A stretch of DNA of 64,000 bases from a virus (IMGVR_UViG_3300037466_001520); one strand, 5' to 3'. Counted from the first letter of the stretch, positions 1-9,683 are shown. Numbers and translations: made by a program. Notes: generated by a model not told the origin, from the sequence alone.

Positions 1-273
1 AAGCAGCTCGACTCGCAGTGGATCCGCCTGCAAGGCACGGTAGCCCAGATGATGGAGGTCAGGGACGCCCTCGACAACGGGGCGGATCACCGACTCGTGG
101 CGTACCCGACTCCGGAGATGAGCTGGCGCTGCACCACGACGGGATGTCCGTTCGCGAACATCTGCACGTGGTTCGACGACGGCTCCGCAGCAGAGGACTT
201 CCTCGAAGATCACTTCCGTGTCGGCAACCCGAACGAGCGCTACGGCTCGGACGATGAAGTTGACACTGTATAG
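1..273 (+). CDS. 3' end of a gene that starts upstream of the window; hypothetical protein with Cys-rich C-terminus (CPFANIC)
   Basis: Frame 1 is open from nt 1 to TAG 271-273 and is GC3-rich; it lies directly upstream of a P-loop ATPase. A nuclease partner role is a guess. Confidence 0.55.
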   Translation, partial: KQLDSQWIRLQGTVAQMMEVRDALDNGADHRLVAYPTPEMSWRCTTTGCPFANICTWFDDGSAAEDFLEDHFRVGNPNERYGSDDEVDTV

Positions 274-305
274 CTTTACCGTAAAACACTATCAAGAAAG
301 ACACA

Positions 306-1208
306 ATGGCAGAAGAAGCCCTAGGTATCCTTGTCCACGGACCGGCTGGAGCCGGTAAGACGACGCTGGGGATGACCGGTCTCCCTCCGATCCTCCTCAT
401 GGACGCCGAGCGAGCTGCGCGCTTCGTCCAGCTCCGCAAGATCAAGTGGAACCCGATGACCGAGGCCCCTCCGGTCTGGGACGGCTCGTGGGACGTGGCG
501 GTAGTCAAGACCCGCGACTGGCCCACCGCCCAGAAGGCTCTGGAGTGGCTCCGCTCCGGGAACCACCCGTTCCGCACCGTCGTGGTCGACTCCATCTCCG
601 AGATCCAGATCAAGGTACAGGAGGCGATCAATGGTCGCAATGAGATGAAGACCCAGCACTGGGGCAAGCTGCTCCAGAACATGGGATCCTTCCTCCGTGA
701 CCTCCGAGACGTCACCGACGAAGAGGACAACCCGCTCCACATCCTTTGCCTCATCTCGACGTCGAAGGACTACGACGGGACGTTCAAGCCGTACCTGCAA
801 GGCTCCATCGCCTCTCAGGTGCCGTACCTGTTCGACATGACGGCGTATCTCTACGTCAATCAGGTCGCCGACGAGCAGGGCGTCGTCTCGGACCACCGCT
901 TCCTGTTCACCGGAAACCACCCGCAGTACGAGGCCAAGAGCCGCGTCCCGGGCGTCCCTCCGACGATTCAGGACCCCAACCTGACCCAGATGATGTACGC
1001 CATCTTCCCGGGTCTCCGCGAGCGCGATGCTGCCGCCTACGCAGCCTTTGCGCAAGCACAGGCGGAAGCCGCTGCTGCGGCAATTCCGGCCCCTCAGGAA
1101 GAGGCCGCTCCAGTGGCCCCTGCCGAGGAAATTCCAGCCCCGCAGGCAGAGCCGATTCCGCCTGTAGAGGATTCTCAGGAATTCAATTTCGAACTCCCCG
1201 AGAATTGA
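306..1208 (+). CDS. RecA-like/AAA P-loop ATPase (recombination-type)
   Basis: Walker A GPAGAGKTT and Walker B-like VVVDSISE; 300 aa; RBS AAGAAAGACACA upstream. Confidence 0.75.
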   Translation: MAEEALGILVHGPAGAGKTTLGMTGLPPILLMDAERAARFVQLRKIKWNPMTEAPPVWDGSWDVAVVKTRDWPTAQKALEWLRSGNHPFRTVVVDSISEIQIKVQEAINGRNEMKTQHWGKLLQNMGSFLRDLRDVTDEEDNPLHILCLISTSKDYDGTFKPYLQGSIASQVPYLFDMTAYLYVNQVADEQGVVSDHRFLFTGNHPQYEAKSRVPGVPPTIQDPNLTQMMYAIFPGLRERDAAAYAAFAQAQAEAAAAAIPAPQEEAAPVAPAEEIPAPQAEPIPPVEDSQEFNFELPEN

Positions 1209-1234
1209 CATTCAAAGCTGTAGAGCTTAGAATA
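1206..1234 (+). promoter_or_regulatory. sigma-70/SigA-type promoter TTGACA-N17-TAGAAT
   Basis: Intergenic position upstream of ORF 1272. Confidence 0.5.
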
Positions 1235-1271
1235 AAAACACAAAGTAACCACCGGAAGGTAACAATACACA

Positions 1272-1874
1272 ATGTCTCCCGCAATGGACTGGGCCGCACG
1301 CAAGAAGATCGCCGCTGAGGCTCCATCCTTCGCACTTCTGGACCCGGGCGTCTACTCCTTCATCGTCAAGGAGAAGCCCACGGCCAAGGACCGCAACGGC
1401 TGGCCGAGCTACACCATCAACCCCTCGGTCGAGGCCGGTCCTCGCGCCAACGCCCGCGTCTTCCACACCTTCTACACCACGGAGAAGCCCGGTGGCATGC
1501 GCTTCTTCTTCGAGTCGCTCAAGGCTCTCGGCATCCCCGAGGAGTTCTTCGACTCCAACCCGTCCGACGAGCAGGTCATCGCGGCGCTCCACGGCAAGCG
1601 CTTCACCGCTGAGGTGACTCACGAGGACTACAACGGCAAGCCGCAGCAGCGTCTTGGCAAGTTCGCACCGGCTGTCGGTGTCGCTGCCGCAGCGGGCACT
1701 CCTGCTGCTGGCGGACCGGGTGTTCCGGCTGCTGCTCCTGCGGCTCAGTTCGCACCCGCTGCACCGGTCGCTCCGGCTGCTCCTGCTCAGCCTGTCGCGG
1801 CTGCTGCCGCTCCGGCAAACCCGTGGGGCACGACGGTAACTCCGCCTCCGGGCAACCCGTTCGCGCAGCAGTAA
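1272..1874 (+). CDS. hypothetical protein with Ala/Pro-rich C-terminal tail
   Basis: 200-aa ORF, GC3-rich; TTGACA-N17-TAGAAT promoter at 1206-1234 upstream. Confidence 0.6.
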   Translation: MSPAMDWAARKKIAAEAPSFALLDPGVYSFIVKEKPTAKDRNGWPSYTINPSVEAGPRANARVFHTFYTTEKPGGMRFFFESLKALGIPEEFFDSNPSDEQVIAALHGKRFTAEVTHEDYNGKPQQRLGKFAPAVGVAAAAGTPAAGGPGVPAAAPAAQFAPAAPVAPAAPAQPVAAAAAPANPWGTTVTPPPGNPFAQQ

Positions 1875-1898
1875 TTCCTGCCGGACAAAACTAACGGT

Positions 1899-1927
1899 GC
1901 GCCCCGTAGTGCGATACTACGGGGCGC
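1899..1927 (+). terminator. stem-loop GCGCCCCGTAG-tgcgata-CTACGGGGCGC
   Basis: 11-bp perfect stem after the stop at 1874, followed by ATCTTTA. Confidence 0.5.
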
Positions 1928-1953
1928 ATCTTTACCCAGCCTTGGAGTCAAAA

Positions 1954-2556
1954 TTGTCTGAAATCACCAAGAAGCACTCCGGAACTACCACGCTGGAAAA
2001 GGTCCGTGAGTTCCACAAGATCTACGACCAGCCAATTCGCGAAAACCGCAGCCTCCGCGTTCTGGAGAAGAAGCTGCGCTTCGACCTCATCTACGAAGAG
2101 ATCGAAGAACTCCGCACCGCTATTGCACGCCGCGATCCCGTCGAGATGTTCGACGCCCTCGGTGACATCGACTACGTCGTGCAGGGAGCCGTCCTCACCT
2201 TCGGCCTCAACCTTTCCAAGGGATACCAGAAGGCGACTGACGGTGCAAAGATCAGCACCCTCACAGCCGAGCTGGCCTATCTCGCGGACGCCCTCGAACG
2301 CGAGGACATCGCCGACACCGAGGACTCGCTCGCAGCCATCTCGAAGACCGTCCACCTCATGTCGGACTCCTTCGGGGTCGACCTCGACGACATCATCGAG
2401 ATCATTCACAAGTCGAACCTGACCAAGCTCGCGGAGGACGGCAGCGTCCTTCGCAACGAGGCCGGGAAGGTCATCAAGGGTCCGAACTTCATCCCGCCGA
2501 CCGAGGGCATCAAGGAGTACCTCGCACGGAAGGGCATCGGCGCGGACCGTGTTTGA
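1954..2556 (+). CDS. MazG-like nucleotide pyrophosphohydrolase
   Basis: EEIEELRTAI ... EMFDALGDIDYVV motifs. The track ATG at 1897 lies inside the terminator hairpin 1899-1927, so the in-frame TTG at 1954 after GGAG is preferred. Confidence 0.6.
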   Translation: MSEITKKHSGTTTLEKVREFHKIYDQPIRENRSLRVLEKKLRFDLIYEEIEELRTAIARRDPVEMFDALGDIDYVVQGAVLTFGLNLSKGYQKATDGAKISTLTAELAYLADALEREDIADTEDSLAAISKTVHLMSDSFGVDLDDIIEIIHKSNLTKLAEDGSVLRNEAGKVIKGPNFIPPTEGIKEYLARKGIGADRV

Positions 2557-2965
2557 TTACGCTGAACTCCGGCGTCACTACGAGGCCATCGGATACGGGG
2601 GAGAGATTCTCGAAGCCCTCGTATCCGTGGCCGTCGTGCTGGACAAGTACGACCTCACCGACCGGCAGAAGGACATCGTCTGCAACCTGCTCTCCGAGGC
2701 GGGCAGGGAGACCCTCAAGGCGCTCCCGCAGAAGGTCTACCAAGGCGAGTGGGAGCCGTTCAACTACGGCAACGTGAAGCTCGGGGACTACGTCCGAGTG
2801 CGCCCCGGGACGTACGACTCGGACACCGGCTCGCTCCACAACGGACTTGTCGGAAAACTGGCCCACATGGCGGGCCGACGCTGCCAAGTGGAGTACTTGG
2901 GAGAAGCCTCGGGGAGGTCGATTCGGCACCCGATGGAATCCCTCGACTCCCTCAAAATCAAGTAG
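2549..2965 (+). CDS. hypothetical protein
   Basis: 138-aa ORF; GTG start overlapping upstream stop (GTGTTTGA); GC3-rich. Confidence 0.55.
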   Translation: MFDYAELRRHYEAIGYGGEILEALVSVAVVLDKYDLTDRQKDIVCNLLSEAGRETLKALPQKVYQGEWEPFNYGNVKLGDYVRVRPGTYDSDTGSLHNGLVGKLAHMAGRRCQVEYLGEASGRSIRHPMESLDSLKIK

Positions 2966-2990
2966 AATTGAAAGTCCGACTAAGTTTGAA

Positions 2991-3230
2991 ATGGACAAAA
3001 TAATGAGTGTGACGCTTTACTCAAAGCCAGCCTGCACGCAGTGCAACCAGACCAAGCGAGACCTCCAGAAGTACGGAATCTCCTACACGGAGATCGACGT
3101 GACGGTCGATGAGGAAGCGTTCAATGCGCTCAAGGAGCGCGGCGTCCAGCAGATGCCAGCCGTCGAGACCGGCGACGACTTCTGGACAGGATACAACCGC
3201 GCCAAGATCAAGGCCCTCGCCGGAGCGTGA
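2991..3230 (+). CDS. nrdH: NrdH-like glutaredoxin
   Basis: CxxC-type motif KPACTQC; ~79 aa; immediately upstream of nrdI-nrdE-nrdF. Confidence 0.7.
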   Translation: MDKIMSVTLYSKPACTQCNQTKRDLQKYGISYTEIDVTVDEEAFNALKERGVQQMPAVETGDDFWTGYNRAKIKALAGA

Positions 3231-3619
3231 TCGTCTACTTTAGCTCGGTCTCCGAGTTCACTCACCGGTTCGTCCAGAAGCTCGGGCTCCCGAGCACGAG
3301 GATCCCGCTGAGTGGTTCGGAGGCCGAGCGTTTCTCTGTCTCTGAGCCCTACGTGCTCATCACCCCCACCTACGGTGCCAACGGTCGAGGCTTCGTCCCG
3401 AAGCAGGTCGTCCGCTTTTTGAACACTGAGGGTAATAGGATACTCTGTAGGGGCGTGGTAGCGAGCGGCAATACCAACTTCGGGAGCGAGTTCTGTCTCG
3501 CTGGCCCGATCATCTCTCAGAAGCTCGGAGTTCCGCTCCTCCACACGTTTGAACTTGCCGGGATGCCGGAAGATGTTGAAGCAGTACTAGAAGGAATGAA
3601 ATTTGTCAAAGATCACTGA
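3227..3619 (+). CDS. nrdI: NrdI flavodoxin-like protein
   Basis: [15 protein letters not shown] ... SGNT signature; GTGA start/stop overlap with nrdH. Confidence 0.8.
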   Translation: MIVYFSSVSEFTHRFVQKLGLPSTRIPLSGSEAERFSVSEPYVLITPTYGANGRGFVPKQVVRFLNTEGNRILCRGVVASGNTNFGSEFCLAGPIISQKLGVPLLHTFELAGMPEDVEAVLEGMKFVKDH

Positions 3620-5756
3620 CGAAAGCCCCGTCACACTCAACGCGCAACTGAACCTATGGTCGGCGGACAGAAAAGTCCAGTTCGACAAGGACAAGGAAGC
3701 CGCTCGCCAATTCTTCTTGCAGGTTGTCAATGCGAAGACCCGCCACTTCTACAGCCTCGAAGAAAAGCTCGACTTCCTCTTCGAGAACGGCTACTACGAA
3801 AAGGCCGTCTGGGACCAGTACCCCTTCCGCGAGGTCAAGAAGCTTTACAAGAAGATCTACGACAAGAAGCACCGCTTCGAGTCGTACTTCTCTGCGTTCA
3901 AGTTCTACGACCAGTACGCCATGAAGTCCTTCGACGGCGAGATCTGGATGGAGCGCTACGAGGACCGCGTCGTCGCCAATGCCCTCTTGCTCGGACAGGG
4001 TGACGTCGAGAAGGCGAACTACATCGCCGAGGAGATCATCTCAGGCCGTCTCCAGCCTGCCACACCGACGTTCTCCAACGCCGGTAAGGTCGCTCGCGGC
4101 GAGTTCGTCTCCTGCTTCCTCCTCCGCATCGAGGACAGCATGGAGTCCATCGGGCGCGGCATCAACTCAGCGCTCCAGCTCTCCAAGCGAGGCGGAGGCG
4201 TGGCCCTGCTGCTCTCCAACATCCGCGAGGCCGGAGCGCCGATCAAGGGCATCCTCAACATGTCCTCGGGAATCATCCCCGTCATGAAGCTGCTGGAGGA
4301 CTCCTTCTCCTACGCCAACCAGCTCGGAACCCGTCAGGGCGCAGGCGCGGTTTATCTGAACGCCTTCCACCCGGACATCATGAAATTCCTTGACACCAAG
4401 CGCGAGAACGCCGACGAGAAGGTCCGCATCAAGACGCTCTCGACCGGTGTCGTCATCCCCGACATCCTCTTCGAGCTGGCGAAGAACAACGAGGAGATGT
4501 ATCTCTTCTCTCCGTACGACGTCCAGCGCGAGTACGGCGTCCCGTTCGCTGACATCTCGATCTCCGAGAAGTACCGCGAGATGGTCAACAACCCCCGCAT
4601 CAAGAAGACCAAGCCGAAGATCGACGGCGAGCGCACCATCAACGCGCGCGAGTTCTTCACCCAGCTCGCGGAGATCCAGTTCGAGTCCGGCTACCCGTAC
4701 TCGCTCTTCGAGGACAACGCCAACCGCGACCACGCTATCGCAGGCGGACGCATCAACATGTCCAACCTCTGCACGGAGATCTTGCAGGTCAACACCGCGT
4801 CGAAGTACAACAACGACCTCTCCTACTCCGAGGTCGGGCGCGACATCTCATGCAACCTCGCCTCGTTGAACGTGGCGAAGACCATGGAGGGCGGGAACCT
4901 CCGTCGTACGGTGGAGACCGCGATCAACGCGCTCACGACCGTCTCGGACATCTCGAACATGGACTCCGTCCCGTCCATCGTCAACGGCAACGACAAGTCG
5001 CACTCGGTCGGGCTCGGGCAGATGAACCTAGCCGGGTTCTTCATCAAGGAGGGCATGAAGTACGGCGACGAGAACTCGCTGAACTTCACGAACATCTACT
5101 TCATGACGGTGGCTTTCGAGGCTCTCCGCGCGTCGGCACGCATCGCCAAGCGCTACGGGAAGACCTTCGAGGGCTTCGAGGAGTCGAAGTACGCCGACCG
5201 CGCCTACCTCACGGAGAAGTACTCCAACCCGGAGCTGATCACTCCGAACGAGAACACTTCTGCAATTTTTGCAAAATACGGGATCCCGATCCCGACCGAG
5301 GACGACTGGGCGGGGCTCGCGTGCTTCATCGAGTGGCACGGCCTCTACAACGCCTACTTGCAGGCGATCCCGCCGACCGGCTCGATCTCCTACATCAACT
5401 ACTCGACGTCGTCGATCCACCCGGTCGCGGCAGCCGTCGAGGCCCGCAAGGAAGGCCGCTCAGGGCGCGTGTACTTCCCGCAGCCGTACGTGACCAACGA
5501 GAACTTCCATCTCGTGGAGGATGCGTATCAGGTCGGGTGGAAAAGGGTAATCGACGTCTACGCGGAAGCCACGAAGCACGTCGATCAGGGTCTCTCGTTG
5601 ACCTTGTTCTACGCCAACGACGCAACCACCAAGACGATCAACCAAGCCCAGATCTACGCATGGCGCAAGGGGATCAAGACGCTCTACTACGCCCGAGTCC
5701 GTCAGGACGACCTCAAGGGCACGGAGATGGAAGAGTGCGTGGCCTGCTCGCTCTGA
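3603..5756 (+). CDS. nrdE: ribonucleotide reductase class Ib alpha subunit
   Basis: 717 aa; catalytic-site NLCTEI and a C-terminal Cys pair; gene order nrdHIEF. Confidence 0.9.
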   Translation: MSKITDESPVTLNAQLNLWSADRKVQFDKDKEAARQFFLQVVNAKTRHFYSLEEKLDFLFENGYYEKAVWDQYPFREVKKLYKKIYDKKHRFESYFSAFKFYDQYAMKSFDGEIWMERYEDRVVANALLLGQGDVEKANYIAEEIISGRLQPATPTFSNAGKVARGEFVSCFLLRIEDSMESIGRGINSALQLSKRGGGVALLLSNIREAGAPIKGILNMSSGIIPVMKLLEDSFSYANQLGTRQGAGAVYLNAFHPDIMKFLDTKRENADEKVRIKTLSTGVVIPDILFELAKNNEEMYLFSPYDVQREYGVPFADISISEKYREMVNNPRIKKTKPKIDGERTINAREFFTQLAEIQFESGYPYSLFEDNANRDHAIAGGRINMSNLCTEILQVNTASKYNNDLSYSEVGRDISCNLASLNVAKTMEGGNLRRTVETAINALTTVSDISNMDSVPSIVNGNDKSHSVGLGQMNLAGFFIKEGMKYGDENSLNFTNIYFMTVAFEALRASARIAKRYGKTFEGFEESKYADRAYLTEKYSNPELITPNENTSAIFAKYGIPIPTEDDWAGLACFIEWHGLYNAYLQAIPPTGSISYINYSTSSIHPVAAAVEARKEGRSGRVYFPQPYVTNENFHLVEDAYQVGWKRVIDVYAEATKHVDQGLSLTLFYANDATTKTINQAQIYAWRKGIKTLYYARVRQDDLKGTEMEECVACSL

Positions 5757-5770
5757 CCTAGCCTCACTGG

Positions 5771-5794
5771 AGGGCGGGCTTCGGCCCGCCCTTC
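5771..5794 (+). terminator. hairpin GGGCGGGC-ttcg-GCCCGCCC followed by TTCC
   Basis: After the nrdE stop. Confidence 0.45.
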
Positions 5795-5822
5795 CTCGGC
5801 CATTCGACACTGTATCTGATAG

Positions 5823-6788
<966 letters not shown>

Positions 6789-6818
6789 TTTGACAGTGTG
6801 AATCAAGTCGGATAGAAT
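6789..6818 (+). promoter_or_regulatory. promoter TTGACA-N18-TAGAAT
   Basis: Immediately after the nrdF stop and before hairpin 6831-6865. Confidence 0.45.
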
Positions 6819-6864
6819 TATGAATGTCAAGGGGGTCGACCTTGCTGATACCTCCTTCGGCCCC

Positions 6865-6893
6865 CTTGACACTCCTGATTTTTATGATATACT
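6865..6893 (+). promoter_or_regulatory. promoter CTTGAC-N17-TATACT driving the tRNA-Trp/Pro/Gly cluster
   Basis: 14 nt upstream of tRNA-Trp. Confidence 0.5.
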
Positions 6894-6906
6894 GGTGAAA
6901 CCACTT

Positions 6907-6977
6907 AGGTTCAAAGTGTTACGGTAGCACGGTGGTCTCCAAAACCGCAAGCGAAGGTTCGACTCCTTCTGGGCCTG
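6907..6977 (+). tRNA. tRNA-Trp (CCA)
   Basis: Acceptor AGGTTCA/TGGGCCT; anticodon stem GTGGT/ACCGC with loop CTCCAAA; T-arm GAAGG-TTCGACT-CCTTC. Confidence 0.65.
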
Positions 6978-7020
6978 CTTTACAATTTAATATCTTGTGA
7001 TACACTTAGTATCATAATAA

Positions 7021-7095
7021 CGGGGTGTAGCTCAGCTTGGTCAGAGCGCCTGCTTTGGGAGCAGGAAGTCGCACGTTCGAATCGTGTCTCCCCGA
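7021..7095 (+). tRNA. tRNA-Pro (TGG)
   Basis: D-arm GCTCAGCTTGGTCAGAGC; anticodon stem-loop CCTGC-TTTGGGA-GCAGG; T-loop TTCGAAT; acceptor has one mismatch. Confidence 0.7.
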
Positions 7096-7197
7096 CGCTA
7101 GAGAAGTGTTGTTTGCAGTTACTTCATTTGACTCTTAATCAAAAGCGAACTCCCCGTGTTGGGAAATACTGCGAACGCTTTTTCTCTCTAGTTCTTT

Positions 7198-7268
7198 GCG
7201 TCTATGATGTAGTGGTAACATATCAGTCTTCCAAACTGAGTTCGCGGGTTCGAGTCCCGCTAGACGCT
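7198..7268 (+). tRNA. tRNA-Gly (TCC)
   Basis: Acceptor GCGTCTA/TAGACGC is perfect; anticodon loop CTTCCAA; T-arm GCGGG-TTCGAGT-CCCGC. Confidence 0.75.
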
Positions 7269-7397
7269 CTGGTCGCAGATGCGCTCGCTATCCGGTTACT
7301 TCATTCGGCGAAAAATCACCGGACGCGGTTATTTCTCTGCGGCCTTTATCATCCCCGCCCGGGGATGAAGTGACAAACGACGACAGGACAAACAGAC

Positions 7398-8960
7398 ATG
7401 GGTAAGTTCAACACGCCTACTCTCGCGAAGGCCCGCAACGGGTACTCGCCCCTCACAACTTCTTACACTCGCGCCATCAACCACAATGGCGGTGTCGGTG
7501 CGCTCCGTGACCCCAAGTCCGAGCTGTTCCTCACCATCGTCAACGAGTTCGGCGGCGAGAAGCTCTTCCACGAAAACTCGGCTCAGCGTCAGGCACGCCT
7601 CGCGAAGCTCATCCCTGAGGTCGCCGTGGCGGATCCTGCGTGGATCGAGAACCTCGTCGGCTGGCTCCGCAAGGAGTCCAACCTCCGCTCGGCACCGATC
7701 ATCCTCGCGCTGACCGCTGCCAAGGCGCTCAACGACGCCGGGTACGAGGGCGTCCGCAAGATCGTCTCCAACGCGATCCTGCGCGCCGACGAGCCGGGAG
7801 AGGCGCTCGCCTTCTGGTATGCCAACTACGGGCGCAAGCTTCCAATCGGAGTCAAGCGCGGAATCGCTGACGGCGTGGTCCGCACCTACAACGAGTACTC
7901 CCTCGGGAAGTACGACGGCGGAGACAACAAGGGGTTCAGCTTCGCTGACGTCATCAAGCTTGTCCACCCAACGCCCAAGGACGAGCGCCAGTCGGCGCTG
8001 TTCAAGTTCGCGATGGACCGTCGCCACGACTCCTCGGCGAAGCCTGCTGAGATCCTGAGCCAGCTCAACAAGCGCGTGGCGTTCCTTGCCCTCTCTACCT
8101 CGGAGAAGCGCGAGTTCGTCACGGGTCCTGAGGGTGCACAGCGCCTCAAGGACGCGGGGCTCACATGGGAGAACGTCGGATCGACTTCGGGCAAGGGAGG
8201 CCTCGACGCCAAGGCGTGGGAGGCTCTCATCCCGGGGCTCGGATACATGGCGCTCATCCGCAACCTCCGCAACTTCGAGGACGCGGGAGTCTCCGACGAG
8301 ATCCTCGACCTCGTCGCGAAGCGCCTTGCGGACCCGGAGGAGGTTGCACGCTCGCGTCAGCTCCCATTCCGCTTCCTCTCGGCGGCTCGTGCGATCCGCA
8401 GCTACCGCTTCGCGCACCCTCTTGAGCGCGCGCTGGATGCTTCGCTTGCGAATATCCCGTCGCTCAAGGGCCGTACGCTGGTGATGGTCGACCGCTCGCA
8501 GTCGATGGAGTGGTACCGTTCGGAGAACACGCAGATGACATGGGCGGACACCGCTGCCCTGTTCGGAACCGCGCTCTCCATGCGTGCGGAGAGCGCTGAC
8601 CTCGTCGCGTTCGGCTCGACGTCGGAGAAGGTCGACTTCCACAAGAGGGGCTCCGTGCTCAAGACTGTGGAGTCCTTCCAGAACCTCGGCGGGACCGAGA
8701 CCGCTGCGGCCATCGAGCAGCACCTTCGCGGCCACGACCGCGTCGTGCTTCTCACGGACGACCAGCACAACGGACGCTCGCCGTACGACGTGGTCCCTTC
8801 GAACACGCCGATCTACGTCTGGAACTTCGCCGGATACAAGTACGGCGCTGGGGTCTCCGGCCCGAACCGCATCTACATGGGCGGTCTCTCCGACCAGAGC
8901 TTCTCGACGATCCCGCTCATCGAGACGGGGCGCGACTCGAAGTGGCCTTGGGAGTCGTAA
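7398..8960 (+). CDS. Ro60-like (TROVE domain + C-terminal vWA/MIDAS) protein
   Basis: 520 aa; N-terminal TROVE-like region; C-terminal vWA with MIDAS motif DRSQS (TLVMVDRSQSM); followed by Y-RNA-like modules. Confidence 0.7.
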   Translation: MGKFNTPTLAKARNGYSPLTTSYTRAINHNGGVGALRDPKSELFLTIVNEFGGEKLFHENSAQRQARLAKLIPEVAVADPAWIENLVGWLRKESNLRSAPIILALTAAKALNDAGYEGVRKIVSNAILRADEPGEALAFWYANYGRKLPIGVKRGIADGVVRTYNEYSLGKYDGGDNKGFSFADVIKLVHPTPKDERQSALFKFAMDRRHDSSAKPAEILSQLNKRVAFLALSTSEKREFVTGPEGAQRLKDAGLTWENVGSTSGKGGLDAKAWEALIPGLGYMALIRNLRNFEDAGVSDEILDLVAKRLADPEEVARSRQLPFRFLSAARAIRSYRFAHPLERALDASLANIPSLKGRTLVMVDRSQSMEWYRSENTQMTWADTAALFGTALSMRAESADLVAFGSTSEKVDFHKRGSVLKTVESFQNLGGTETAAAIEQHLRGHDRVVLLTDDQHNGRSPYDVVPSNTPIYVWNFAGYKYGAGVSGPNRIYMGGLSDQSFSTIPLIETGRDSKWPWES

Positions 8961-8969
8961 GATACAAAG

Positions 8970-9008
8970 AGTTGACACCAGCTCTGGCTATGCTATACTG
9001 GTGTCAAC
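8970..9008 (+). promoter_or_regulatory. promoter TTGACA-N16-TATACT embedded in an inverted repeat (GTTGACAC...GTGTCAAC)
   Basis: The -35 element is part of the left arm and the -10 lies in the spacer; transcription would run into the YrlA-like/tRNA array. Confidence 0.5.
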
Positions 9009-9030
9009 ACGAAGTTGCTTGATAACTTAA

Positions 9031-9164
9031 CATGACCGAAGCGTAGAGGAAGCTTACTTCTTCTGGTAAAAGAGAGGTTGCGGGTTCGAGTCCCGTCCAG
9101 CCCACGGGTTGGTAGCTCAATCGGCAGAGCGCTATGTTAGCTTCTTCGATCTTTCTCGGTCATG
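9031..9164 (+). ncRNA. YrlA/Y-RNA-like module 1: circularly permuted tRNA-like core closed by a long terminal helix
   Basis: Order: T-arm (GCGGG-TTCGAGT-CCCGT, 9080-9096), then acceptor-like hairpin (CCAGCC/GGTTGG, 9097-9112), then D-arm (GCTC-AATCGGCA-GAGC, 9115-9130). The ends pair: CATGACCGA (9031-9039) with TCGGTCATG (9156-9164), plus a second helix GAGGAAGCT / AGCTTCTTC. Confidence 0.6.
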
Positions 9165-9169
9165 TTATT

Positions 9170-9244
9170 GCCTGCTTAGCTCAGTCCGGCCAGAGCATCT
9201 GTCTTGTAAACAGAGGGTCGTCGGTTCGAATCCGACAGCAGGCT
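9170..9244 (+). tRNA. tRNA-Thr (TGT)
   Basis: Acceptor GCCTGCT/AGCAGGC; anticodon loop CTTGTAA; T-arm GTCGG-TTCGAAT-CCGAC. Confidence 0.8.
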
Positions 9245-9245
9245 C

Positions 9246-9381
9246 GCGTTCAGAAGTGAAGAGATCCGTTACTTCTCCTTCCACGAGACAGGCGCAGGTT
9301 CGATTCCTGCACGCCCTTCCATGGGGCGTTGGTGTAATGGCAGCACGGTTATATACGGAACTCGACTTTTTCTCTGAACAC
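9246..9381 (+). ncRNA. YrlA/Y-RNA-like module 2 (permuted tRNA-like)
   Basis: T-arm GCAGG-TTCGATT-CCTGC (9294-9310); acceptor-like hairpin ACGCCCT-tccat-GGGGCGT (9311-9329, 3' strand followed by TCCA); D-arm GTGTAATGGCAGCAC. End helices GTTCAGA (9248-54) / TCTGAAC (9373-79) and GAG-A-TCCGT / ACGGA-A-CTC. Confidence 0.6.
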
Positions 9382-9384
9382 TCC

Positions 9385-9534
9385 GCTTCACGTGAAGCGT
9401 AGGTGCCGGATACTTCTGGGAGACTGTAGGTCGCAGGTTCGAGTCCTGCCCTCCCGCCTTTTCATGCGGGAGGTAGCTCAGTGGAAAGAGCGACAGTATA
9501 TTTGTTACCGGACCGATTTTTTCTCACGTGATTT
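9385..9534 (+). ncRNA. YrlA/Y-RNA-like module 3 (permuted tRNA-like)
   Basis: T-arm GCAGG-TTCGAGT-CCTGC (9433-49); acceptor-like 7-bp hairpin CCTCCCG-ccttttcatg-CGGGAGG (9450-9473); D-arm GCTC-AGTGGAAA-GAGC. 'Anticodon-stem' equivalent ACTGT (9423-27) / ACAGT (9493-97), then GGT(G)CCGG / CCGGACC, and outer CACGTG (9389-94) / CACGTG (9525-30). Confidence 0.6.
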
Positions 9535-9607
9535 GCCGCTCAAGCTCAGATGGAAGAGCGCCTGATTGAAGCTCAGGAGGCTGTCGGTTCGACCCCGACG
9601 AGTGGCA
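9535..9607 (+). tRNA. tRNA-Phe (GAA)
   Basis: D-arm GCTCAGATGGAAGAGC; anticodon loop TTGAAGC; T-arm GTCGG-TTCGACC-CCGAC. Confidence 0.75.
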
Positions 9608-9612
9608 CGCTT

Positions 9613-9683
9613 TGTCCCATAGTGTAACGGCAGCACGCAGCGCTTTGACCGCTGGCGACTAGGTTCGAATCCTAGTGGGACAG
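9613..9683 (+). tRNA. tRNA-Gln (TTG)
   Basis: U1-A72 acceptor TGTCCCA/TGGGACA; anticodon loop CTTTGAC; T-loop TTCGAAT. Confidence 0.7.

Noticed and set aside
59-1211. Minus-strand ORFs 59-754 and 321-1211 from the six-frame track
   Set aside because: Arg/Gly/Pro-rich translations typical of antisense shadows of GC-rich plus-strand genes; they overlap well-supported plus-strand CDSs.
7269-7397. Possible Y RNA upstream of the Ro60 gene (8-bp palindrome CATCCCCG..CGGGGATG and CCGGTTA..TCACCGG hairpin)
   Set aside because: No tRNA-like module or Ro-type bulged helix; more likely 5'-UTR structure of the Ro60 mRNA. Left as a low-priority note.
9031-9534. Interpretation of the permuted units as a CRISPR-like or simple tandem repeat array
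   Set aside because: Units differ in sequence and length and have conserved structure rather than conserved sequence; there are no identical direct repeats or spacers.
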